In this document: piece by piece, positions 36,247-44,439 of the stretch | How the letters are laid out: each line of letters opens with the position of its first letter | How positions within the stretch are numbered: position 1 is the stretch's first letter | Position numbers and translations under genes: made by a program | Notes under the pieces: model-generated | The model's input: only the letters and a program-made list of their open reading frames with translations | What the model was told of the DNA's origin: nothing | The model's database searches: none | From: Paracoccaceae bacterium | GTDB lineage: Bacteria > Pseudomonadota > Alphaproteobacteria > Rhodobacterales > Rhodobacteraceae | DNA: 64,000 nucleotides | NCBI GenBank assembly: GCA_046296515.1 | Contig: JBKBKR010000001.1 | Location: 630,874-694,873, forward strand | Direction of reading: 5' to 3'

Positions 36247-36503
36247 GAACACACTTCCGGATTGCGTCAGACCCGGTGACTATAGGCAAATTTCCGCGCC
36301 GTTCCAGTGCCCAGATGCCCCGGCCCGCGCCATCCGGCCGTTGGGCGGAATTTCGCCACCAGCTTTTGCCGCCCAAACCCCGCGCCCGCATTGCAGCGAC
36401 TGCCCGCGGCGGATATAGGAATTCCTTAACCAAGACCGGGGATGCTCCGGTTCATCAAGCCCCCGGCAACAGCGCCGGGGCAGACCCATAGCGGAGGGAT
36501 TCC

Positions 36504-37034
36504 ATGGCAGGCTCGGTCAACAAGGTCATCATCGTCGGCAATCTGGGCCGCGACCCCGAGGTGCGCAGCTTTGCCAATGGCGGCAAGGTGGTGAACCTGC
36601 GCATCGCCACGTCCGAGAACTGGCGTGACAAGCAGACGGGGGAGCGCAAGGAGCGCACCGAATGGCATTCGGTCGCGATCTTCAACGAAAACCTTGCCAA
36701 GATTGCCGAACAATATCTGCGCAAAGGCTCCACCGTCTATATCGAGGGGCAGCTGGAAACCCGCAAATGGCAGGACCAGTCGGGCGCCGACCGCTACACC
36801 ACCGAAATCGTGCTGCGCCAGTTCCGGGGTGAACTGACCCTGCTGGGCGGCCGCGGTGAAGGCGGCGGCGGTGGTGGTGGCGCACAGGGCGGCTACGATG
36901 ATCGCGGCGGCTATGACGATTACGGCAGCGCGCCTTCGGGTGGCGGCTCGGGCGGCGGCGGCGGTGCGCGCGGCGGCGACCGCGCGCCCTCGGGCGGGGG
37001 ACGCTCCGACATCGACGACGAAATCCCGTTCTGA
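36504..37034 (+). CDS. ssb: single-stranded DNA-binding protein
   Basis: OB-fold N-terminus [19 protein letters not shown], a Gly-rich linker and an acidic tail DDEIPF. The RBS is GGAGGG. Confidence 0.97.
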   Translation: MAGSVNKVIIVGNLGRDPEVRSFANGGKVVNLRIATSENWRDKQTGERKERTEWHSVAIFNENLAKIAEQYLRKGSTVYIEGQLETRKWQDQSGADRYTTEIVLRQFRGELTLLGGRGEGGGGGGGAQGGYDDRGGYDDYGSAPSGGGSGGGGGARGGDRAPSGGGRSDIDDEIPF

Positions 37035-37047
37035 TCGCACGGCACCG

Positions 37048-37281
37048 TCAAACTGGTCTGCTCCGCAGGGCAAAGCCCGCGATCTCCACCAGCCGTTCCA
37101 TGCGGGCGCGCACTGTGGCGCACGACAGGCAAAGGCTGTCAGCCAGGTCGGAAATCGTCGCGCGCCCGTCGCGGCGCAGCTTTGACAGGAGGCGGGTGTC
37201 GGTATCGTCGATTCTGCGCAGATCTTCTGCCGTTTTGATGGAACTTCTGTGCAGTCTGCACAGGTTTTCCCGTGAATCCAC
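37048..37281 (-). pseudogene. truncated Lrp/AsnC-family regulator (winged-HTH only, no effector domain)
   Basis: IDDTDTRLLSKLRRDGRATISDLADSLCLSCATVRARMERLVE is an HTH_AsnC motif. The frame stops 13 bp from the ssb stop, so there is no room for the ~70 aa RAM/AsnC_trans_reg domain. There is no in-frame ATG, only GTG at 37281. Confidence 0.45.
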
Positions 37282-37323
37282 CAGCCATCCGCGCAATGCT
37301 GTTGCAAAGAAAAGGATCACATC

Positions 37324-38247
37324 ATGCCATCGACCATTCTTATCGGCGCCCCGATCGACGCGGGCCAACGGCGGCCCGGCTGCCTGATGGGGCCAGCGGC
37401 CTATCGGGTCGCGGGTCTTGCGCAGGCGATCGGCGATCAGGGGCACAGCGTCCATGACTGGGGCGATCTGAGCTGCCCCGAGGTCGAGGCCCCGCCCTGC
37501 CCCAACCCGGCGGTCCATTCTCTGGCCGAGGTTCTGGGCTGGACGCAGATCCTGTCGGACAGGGTGGATGACGCGCTGAGCGAAGGCGCAATGCCGATCA
37601 TCCTTGGCGGTGACCATTCGCTAGCGCTCGGTTCGGTGTCCGGGGCCGCCGCCCATGCCAGCCGCAACGGGCGTCCCCTGTTCCTGCTGTGGCTCGATGC
37701 CCATTCCGATTTCCACACCCCGCTGAGCACCACCAGCGGCAACCTGCACGGCACCCCGGTCGCCTATATCGCCGGTCGCGCCGGGTTCGAAGCGTTTCCC
37801 GCCTTTCCCGCCCCGGTCCCGGCAGAGCGGATCTGTCTCTTTGGCATCCGCTCGGTCGATCCGGCCGAACATGCGGCGCTGCTGGACCATGACATCGCCA
37901 TCAATGACATGCGGGTGCTGGATGAACACGGCGTCGTCGCGCCCTTGCGCGCCTTTCTTGAAGGGGTGCGCGCGGCGGGCGGGATGCTGCATGTCAGTCT
38001 GGATGTCGATTTCCTCGACCCCGCCATCGCGCCCGCAGTCGGCACCACGGTTCCCGGCGGCACCACCCTGCGCGAGGCGCATCTGGTGATGGAACTGCTG
38101 CATGAGTCCGGGCTGGTCACCAGTCTGGATCTGGTTGAGCTGAACCCGTTTCTGGATGATCGCGGCATGACGGCGCGGCTGATGGTCGATCTGGTCGGGT
38201 CGCTGATGGGCAAAAAGGTTTTTGACCGCCCCACCCGCGCCAAGTGA
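37324..38247 (+). CDS. rocF: arginase
   Basis: Ureohydrolase motifs GGDHS, DAHSDFHT and SLDVDFLDP, 307 aa. Confidence 0.93.
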   Translation: MPSTILIGAPIDAGQRRPGCLMGPAAYRVAGLAQAIGDQGHSVHDWGDLSCPEVEAPPCPNPAVHSLAEVLGWTQILSDRVDDALSEGAMPIILGGDHSLALGSVSGAAAHASRNGRPLFLLWLDAHSDFHTPLSTTSGNLHGTPVAYIAGRAGFEAFPAFPAPVPAERICLFGIRSVDPAEHAALLDHDIAINDMRVLDEHGVVAPLRAFLEGVRAAGGMLHVSLDVDFLDPAIAPAVGTTVPGGTTLREAHLVMELLHESGLVTSLDLVELNPFLDDRGMTARLMVDLVGSLMGKKVFDRPTRAK

Positions 38248-38291
38248 TCCGGCCTTCCCTGCGCGCCACACGGGCGCGCAGGGAAGATTGC

Positions 38292-41200
38292 TCAATGCGC
38301 CCGCGCCGGGCCGAACTGCCGTTCCACATTGCGCTTGTGCAGCAGGTATCTGGCATCGCTCAGCGAGATCAGCGAATAGAAGGCCGGCACCACGAACAGC
38401 GTGAAGATCGTGCCGATCAGCAACCCGGTAAAGATCACCAGACCCATCGCCTGCCGCGCCGCAGCCCCCGCCCCTTCGGCGATGATCAGCGGCACCATGG
38501 CAAAGACCATGGCGGCGGTGGTCATCAGGATCGGGCGCAACCGGGTTTTCGCGGCCGACACGATGGCCTGACGGCGTGACAGGCTGTGCTCCTCGCGTTG
38601 CTGGTTGGCGAATTCCACCATCAGGATACCATGCTTGGTGATGAGACCGATCAGCGTGATCAGCCCCACCTGTGTGTAGATGTTCAGCGTGCCCGCCCCC
38701 AGATACAGCGGCAGCAAGGCCCCGAAGATCGACAACGGCACCGACATCAGGATGATCAGCGGATCGCGGAAGCTTTCGAACTGCGCCGCAAGCACCAGAT
38801 AGATCACCACGATCGCGGCGGCAAAGGCCAGCAGGATGGTGTTGCCCTCGGATTTCTCCAGCCGCGACTGGCCGGAATAGTCGATGAAGAACCCGTCGGG
38901 CAGCACCTCGGCCGCGATCCGCTCCAGTTCCGCCAGGGCCACGCCAGTGGACAGGCCGATCATCGGCATCCCCGACAGGGTCGCGGAATTGAGCTGGTTG
39001 AACTGCGAGATCGACGCCGCCGAAACGGTGGGCGTCAGGCTGACGACCGAAGACAAAGGCACCATCACCCCGGTGCCCGAGCGCACAAAGAACTCGCCCA
39101 GTTTTTCCGGGTTGTCGCGCCATTCGCGCGGCACCTGCGTGATCACATCATAGCTGTTCGAGTCGCGGTCAAACTGCGCCACCGCCCCGCCGCCGACCAA
39201 GAGGCCCAGCGTGGAGCCAATGTCGCTGACCGCCACACCCAGTTGTGCGGCGCGGTCGCGGTCGATCGTCACCCGCACCTGCGGGGCATCAAACGACAGA
39301 CTGTTTTGCACCACGATGAACATGCCCGACTGCATGGCACGGGTGCGGATCTCATCGGCAATCTCCACCACCCGTTCCGGCGCATGGATCGACTGGATCA
39401 CCATCGAAATCGGCAGACCACCGCCCGACCCGGGCAGCGAGGGCGGCGCGAAGACATAGCTTTGCAGCCCCGGCGTGCCGTCCAGAATCCCCTGCAACTG
39501 CGCCTGAATCTCCGCCTGCCCACGGGTGCGGCTGGCCCAGTCCTTCAGCGCCCAGATGTAGAAGCCGGTATTCCCGGCCCCGCCCATACCTGCGACCGAG
39601 AACGAGGTCTGCACCTCCTCGATCCCCGCTGTGCGACGGCTCACCTCTTGCGTAAAGGCGTCGGTATAATCCAGCGTTGCATAGCGCGGGCCGGACATGA
39701 TGGCGAACAGCGCCCCGCTGTCTTCCTCCGGGGCCAGTTCGGAGGAGGTGTTCAGGAACATGAACCCGGTCGCGCCCAGAAGCGAGACCACCATCAGCAT
39801 GGTGACAGGCACATAGTCCAGCGAGGAGGCCACCCGCCGCTCATACCAGTTGGCCAGCCCGCCAAGGGTGCGGTCCACGATGCGCTGGAACCGCCCCGGC
39901 GTGCCGCCGTGCAGCAGCCGCGCCGACATGGCCGGTGTGATGGTCAGCGCGACAATGCCAGAGATCACCACAGACCCCGCAAGGGTCAGCGCGAACTCGG
40001 CAAACAGCGCGCCGGTCAGCCCGCCGGTAAAGGCCAGCGGTGCCAGCACAGCGGCCAGCGTGATCGTCATCGCGACCACCGGGCCAGTAATTTCCTTCAT
40101 CCCCTTGATCGAGGCGGCGGCAGGGGTCATCCCCTCATCAATGTGGCGGTGGATGTTTTCCACCACCACGATCGCATCATCCACCACCAGACCGATGGCC
40201 AGAACCATCGCCAGCAGGGTCAGCAGGTTGATCGAATAGCCCAGCACCAGCATGATGCTGCACACCCCGATCAGCGACAGCGGAATGGTGACGATCGGCA
40301 TCAGCACCGACCGGAACGAGCCGAGGAACAGCAAAATCACCACCACCACGATCAGCACCGCTTCGGCAATGGTCTTGAATACCTCGGAAATCGAGGCGGA
40401 AATCGTCTCGGTGGAGTCGTAGACCAAAGATACGGTCATGCCGCTTGGCAGGGTCTGTTCCAGTGAGGGCAGTGCTTCACGGACGTTGGTGGCCACATCC
40501 AGCTGGTTTTCTCCCGGTGCCGGCACGATGCCGATAAAGATGCCGGGCTGTCCCGCGAAGGTCACGATCGCTTCGCTGGCCCCCGAGGCGAGTTCCACCC
40601 GCGCCACATCGCGCAGCCGCACCACGCCGCTGCCGCCCTGCCCCAAGGGTAGCGCACCAAAGGCTTCGGGGCTCTGGATGGTCGAGTCGAGGGTCAGCGA
40701 ATAGGTAAAATACTCATTCTCGGTCTTGCCGGGGGCCGAAAGGAAGTTCGACGACCGGATCGACGCCATCACCTCGGACGCGGTGACCCCGCGCGCCGAC
40801 AATAGCAACGGGTCCAGCCAGATCCGCATCGCGTATTTCTGCGCGCCCAGAATCTCCATCTGTGCCACGCCCTGAATATTGGTGACACGCGGACGCACCA
40901 CGCGCTCCAGATATTCGGTCAGCTGTTCGGAGGTCATGTTGGGGTTCTGCACCGCCAGATACATCAGCGCAAAGGTCATGCCGGTGCCCTTGGCGATCAC
41001 CGGATCTTCGGTATCCTGCGGCAACTGGCCCCGCACCTGCTGCACCTTCGACATCACTTCGGTCAGCGCGGTATCGGGGTCCGCCCCCAGTTTCATCTGC
41101 ACCGTGACGACCGAGGCGGAGGGGCGCGAATCGCTGGTCACGTAATCAAGGTTTTCGGTGGTCGACACCGCTGCCGCGATTGGCGCGGTGACAAAGCCCT

Positions 41201-41378
41201 GAATGAGTTCAGGCGCGGCACCGGGGTAGATCGTGGTGATGGTGATCACACTTTCCTGCACCTCGGGGTATTGCCGCACCGGCAGGGAGAACATGGCAGC
41301 GAGGCCAAGAAACAGGATCAGCGCGGCCAGCACGCTGGACAGCACCGGGCGGCGGATGAAGATCTCGGAAAAATGCAT
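38292..41378 (-). CDS. RND efflux transporter permease (AcrB/MdtB family)
   Basis: 1028 aa with an MHFSEIFIRRPVLSSVLA N-terminus and a 12-TM RND architecture with two large periplasmic loops. Confidence 0.93.
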   Translation of the reverse strand: MHFSEIFIRRPVLSSVLAALILFLGLAAMFSLPVRQYPEVQESVITITTIYPGAAPELIQGFVTAPIAAAVSTTENLDYVTSDSRPSASVVTVQMKLGADPDTALTEVMSKVQQVRGQLPQDTEDPVIAKGTGMTFALMYLAVQNPNMTSEQLTEYLERVVRPRVTNIQGVAQMEILGAQKYAMRIWLDPLLLSARGVTASEVMASIRSSNFLSAPGKTENEYFTYSLTLDSTIQSPEAFGALPLGQGGSGVVRLRDVARVELASGASEAIVTFAGQPGIFIGIVPAPGENQLDVATNVREALPSLEQTLPSGMTVSLVYDSTETISASISEVFKTIAEAVLIVVVVILLFLGSFRSVLMPIVTIPLSLIGVCSIMLVLGYSINLLTLLAMVLAIGLVVDDAIVVVENIHRHIDEGMTPAAASIKGMKEITGPVVAMTITLAAVLAPLAFTGGLTGALFAEFALTLAGSVVISGIVALTITPAMSARLLHGGTPGRFQRIVDRTLGGLANWYERRVASSLDYVPVTMLMVVSLLGATGFMFLNTSSELAPEEDSGALFAIMSGPRYATLDYTDAFTQEVSRRTAGIEEVQTSFSVAGMGGAGNTGFYIWALKDWASRTRGQAEIQAQLQGILDGTPGLQSYVFAPPSLPGSGGGLPISMVIQSIHAPERVVEIADEIRTRAMQSGMFIVVQNSLSFDAPQVRVTIDRDRAAQLGVAVSDIGSTLGLLVGGGAVAQFDRDSNSYDVITQVPREWRDNPEKLGEFFVRSGTGVMVPLSSVVSLTPTVSAASISQFNQLNSATLSGMPMIGLSTGVALAELERIAAEVLPDGFFIDYSGQSRLEKSEGNTILLAFAAAIVVIYLVLAAQFESFRDPLIILMSVPLSIFGALLPLYLGAGTLNIYTQVGLITLIGLITKHGILMVEFANQQREEHSLSRRQAIVSAAKTRLRPILMTTAAMVFAMVPLIIAEGAGAAARQAMGLVIFTGLLIGTIFTLFVVPAFYSLISLSDARYLLHKRNVERQFGPARAH

Positions 41379-41388
41379 CTACCGCTCC

Positions 41389-42486
41389 TTATTCGCTGGC
41401 CACTGGTGGCGACAGTTCCACCGAAGTGTCGATCACCACTTTGGCCATGTTCGACAGCCGGTTCTGCCCCGAGGTCACGATCTGATCGCCGGCCGCAATC
41501 CCGGCAATCACCTCGATCCGGTCGCCCGAGCGGCGGCCCAGCGTCACAAAGGCCTGTTCCACCTTCAGCCCGTCACCATCAGGTTTCACCACATAGATCG
41601 AGTCGCCATACAGGCTGGAGATCACCGCCGTCTGCGGCACGGTGATCACGCCCTTTTCTTCCGGCAGTGCCACCCGCACCCGCAGGAACTGGCCGGGAAA
41701 CAGCCGCGCGTCCGGACTGTCCACCGCCGCGCGCACCGACACCAGCCGCGTGCGCGGGTCGACCTGCGGCTCGATCCCGGTGATCCGGCCCATCGCGTCA
41801 AAAGCGCCGACATCTGTGCTGACGCTGATGGCGCGGCCCAGATCGAGCGCGCCGATCTGCTGTTCGGGCACGGTGAAATCGACAAACATCCGGTCCAGAT
41901 CCTGCAAGGTTGCATAAACCGTGCCGGGGGTCACATACTGGCCCACCTCCACCCGCGGAATCCCGATCACGCCTTCGAACGGCGCGGTCAGGGTCTTGGC
42001 ATCCAGCGCGGTCTGCACCTGCGCCACCTGTGCGCGCGCGCTTTGCTCCTGTGCCAGAGCGGTTTCCACCGCATTGGCCGTCCCCACCCCGCGTTCGGTC
42101 AGCGTCGCCGCCCGCACCGCCTCGGTTTGCGTAACGCCAAGAGCCGCTTCGGCGGCGACAAGTGCTGCGCGCTCGCTGTCATCGTCGATCTGCAACAGCA
42201 CCTGACCTTCGGTCACCCGGTCATTCGACGCAAAGCCGATCGCCTGCACCAGCCCGCCCGATTCGATCGCCAGATCCACCCCGCGCCCCGAAATCGCCGT
42301 GCCCACCGCATCAATCCCCGGTGTCCAGGTCACCGGGTCAACCATCTGCACCGTCACCGGCACCGGCGGCGGCACCCGTCCCGCCATGAACTGCGCGATC
42401 ATGCCGTCCCGGAAATACTTGAACCAGACAATTCCGCCGACCACGAGGCCAAGGAGAAAGATCGCGATGATAAGCCGTTTTGCCAT
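41389..42486 (-). CDS. RND efflux periplasmic adaptor (MFP)
   Basis: MAKRLIIAIFLLGLVVGGIVWF anchor with lipoyl/barrel-sandwich HlyD_D23-like sequence. The ATG at 42486 lies inside the longer ORF-track ORF. Confidence 0.88.
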   Translation of the reverse strand: MAKRLIIAIFLLGLVVGGIVWFKYFRDGMIAQFMAGRVPPPVPVTVQMVDPVTWTPGIDAVGTAISGRGVDLAIESGGLVQAIGFASNDRVTEGQVLLQIDDDSERAALVAAEAALGVTQTEAVRAATLTERGVGTANAVETALAQEQSARAQVAQVQTALDAKTLTAPFEGVIGIPRVEVGQYVTPGTVYATLQDLDRMFVDFTVPEQQIGALDLGRAISVSTDVGAFDAMGRITGIEPQVDPRTRLVSVRAAVDSPDARLFPGQFLRVRVALPEEKGVITVPQTAVISSLYGDSIYVVKPDGDGLKVEQAFVTLGRRSGDRIEVIAGIAAGDQIVTSGQNRLSNMAKVVIDTSVELSPPVASE

Positions 42487-42859
42487 GGATGAAGCCTCGT
42501 TTCCAGCGGAAGCGCCGGGCCAAAGGGACATGACCCGCGCAGGATTTTGACCCCTCGTAGTGAACCTTTGATGGGGCAAGATCAAGACAACAGAAACAAC
42601 CCGAGGGCGAACAAAGCTCTGCAAAAATGAACAGTTGCATCGCAGTTTTACGCGAGCCGCCGGGTTTTCAAACATGGACAGGGCGGCGTCACGTCCGTTG
42701 AGAGCACCGGATGTCACCGCCCTCCCCTACTGACAAAGCTGCGGCGTGCAGCGGCCAACACACGCACGGCGACAGGACCGGATTCAGGACGGTGCGGAAC
42801 AGCCACAGTGATAACGCCTTGACCCCCTCTGAGAAAATATCTAATGAGTGCCGCACGAA

Positions 42860-42933
42860 GGCGGGTGGGCAGGCAGGCTATGCACCGGATTGCAAATCCG
42901 TGAAGATCGGTTCGATTCCGATACCCGCCTCCA
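42860..42933 (+). tRNA. tRNA-Cys (GCA)
   Basis: 74 nt cloverleaf folded by hand. The acceptor GGCGGGT pairs with ACCCGCC, the anticodon loop is TTGCAAA, the T arm is ATCGG-TTCGATT-CCGAT, the discriminator is T and CCA is encoded. Confidence 0.9.
42919..42933. repeat. attL core (3' end of tRNA-Cys)
   Basis: CGATACCCGCCTCCA is identical to 54896-54910. Confidence 0.85.
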
Positions 42934-43038
42934 GTCCCCTCTTTTCGATGGCCTACATTCGATCTTCGGCCAAGAAAATTCAATAAAATCAATCATCCCC
43001 TGAATTTCGGTCTCGGTGCATCTCGATGCGTCTCACTT

Positions 43039-43091
43039 GTGTGGGTATCGAAAGCGGGTATTCCTGAAAAAGCGAATACCCGCATACCCGC
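43039..43091. promoter_or_regulatory. cluster of att-core-like repeats upstream of int (candidate integrase/RDF binding sites)
   Basis: GCGGGTATTC (43054-43063) and GAATACCCGC (43074-43083) form a perfect 10-bp inverted repeat. ATACCCGC recurs at 43084-43091, and GTGGGTATCG lies at 43041-43050. All resemble the att core ATACCCGC. Confidence 0.5.
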
Positions 43092-43102
43092 TGGAGCGAT
43101 TC

Positions 43103-44302
43103 ATGCCCCTATCAGATGCAGCATGCCGCGGCGCAAAGCCAGATCCGACCGGAAAACCTAGAAAGCTGCCCGATGGTGGCGGATTGCTGCTTTTCGTCTC
43201 GCCTTCGGGCGGCAAGCTGTGGCGGATGCGCTATCGGTTCGACGGGAAGGAAAAATTGCTTTCGTTCGGTGCCTATCCCGAAATCAAGCTGGCAGATGCC
43301 CGAGCCCTGCGTGACAAGGCCAAGCGGGCACTTGCTGAAGGGCGCGACCCTGGCGCAAATTCCAAGGCTGCACTGTCTGCGCCCATTGGCGACACCTTCG
43401 AAGCTGTCGCGCGGGAATGGATCAAGGCTCAGTCGGCAATCTGGACTCCTGCCCATAGCGCCCGCGTTCTGTCGCGATTTGAACGCGATGTGTTTCCCGC
43501 AATAGGCGCAACGTCCATTGCCGAAGTAACCGCCCCTGAGATTCTAGCCATGCTGCGCCCTGTCGAAGATCGTGCGCCCGACATCGCGGGACGCATCCGC
43601 ATGACCACGAGCGCGATTATGCGCTATGCGATTGCCACCGGCAGGGCTTCCCGAGATCCTGCCGCAGATCTTCGCGGGGCATTGAAGCCGACTCCGCGCG
43701 TCAGGCACATGGCGCGGATCGAAGCCGGGGAGCTGTCAGACTTCCTGCAAAGGCTGTCGCGCTATGACGGCGAACCGCAGACCCGCTACGCGATTGAACT
43801 TGTCATGCACACCTTTGTTCGGACCAATGAACTTCGGTTCGGCAGATGGGCAGAGATCGACGGCGACGTGTGGCGGATACCCGGCAGCCGCATGAAGATG
43901 GGCCGGGACCATATTGTGCCCCTGACCCGGCAAAGTCTCGCCCTGCTGGCACAACTGAAAGAGATAGCCGGGGATTCGGAATGGATCGTGCCGGGCGGGC
44001 GCAGCGGCAAACCCATATCAGAAAACACTATGCTGTTTGGGCTTTACCGCCTTGGTTATCATGGGCGCGCGACGATCCACGGTTTTCGCGGGCTGGCGTC
44101 TACCGTCCTGAATGAAAGCGGGCTTTGGTCTGTCGATGCTATAGAAAAGCAACTCGCCCATGAACCGGCAAACAAAGTCCGTTCCGCATATAATGCTGCG
44201 CAGCTACTTCCTGAAAGAACGCGCATGCTTGCATGGTTTAGCGACTACATTGAAGCAGCGGCTAAAAGGTCAACTACCGACTTAACGAATCTTCTCAGCT
44301 AG
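43103..44302 (+). CDS. int: tyrosine integrase, P4-like (DUF4102 N-terminal arm-binding domain)
   Basis: KLPDGGGLLLFVSPSGGKLWRMRYRFDGKEKLLSFGAYPEI (DUF4102), with catalytic HGFRGLAST and a C-terminal SAYN Tyr region. GGAG RBS before ATG 43103. Confidence 0.92.
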   Translation: MPLSDAACRGAKPDPTGKPRKLPDGGGLLLFVSPSGGKLWRMRYRFDGKEKLLSFGAYPEIKLADARALRDKAKRALAEGRDPGANSKAALSAPIGDTFEAVAREWIKAQSAIWTPAHSARVLSRFERDVFPAIGATSIAEVTAPEILAMLRPVEDRAPDIAGRIRMTTSAIMRYAIATGRASRDPAADLRGALKPTPRVRHMARIEAGELSDFLQRLSRYDGEPQTRYAIELVMHTFVRTNELRFGRWAEIDGDVWRIPGSRMKMGRDHIVPLTRQSLALLAQLKEIAGDSEWIVPGGRSGKPISENTMLFGLYRLGYHGRATIHGFRGLASTVLNESGLWSVDAIEKQLAHEPANKVRSAYNAAQLLPERTRMLAWFSDYIEAAAKRSTTDLTNLLS

Positions 44303-44304
44303 AC

Positions 44305-44340
44305 TTTCACATTAGAAGTGAAATAAGTCATTGAATGACT
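44305..44340. promoter_or_regulatory. AT-rich operator-like palindromes between int and the replicase gene
   Basis: TTTCAC-N7-GTGAAA (44305-44323) and the perfect palindrome AGTCATT-G-AATGACT (44326-44340). Confidence 0.45.
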
Positions 44341-44439
44341 AGGATAATTTTCCAGAGTCGCCCTAGGCAGGGCGGCTTCTGTCTGTTACTTTATCACTAG
44401 GGTCGCGGCTCTATCACCGATGGCAATATCGCCAAAAGG

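Noticed and set aside
36253-36503. Search for an alphaproteobacterial SOS box (GTTC-N7-GTTC) upstream of ssb
   Set aside because: Only isolated GTTC tetramers without the correct partner spacing were seen (for example GTTCCAGTGCCCAGA), so no site can be supported.
42711-42992. ORFs 42711-42986 (+) and 42714-42992 (-) across the tRNA-Cys gene
   Set aside because: They run straight through a well-folding tRNA. For example, the minus ORF simply translates the tRNA antisense (GGGYRNRTDLHGFAIRC).
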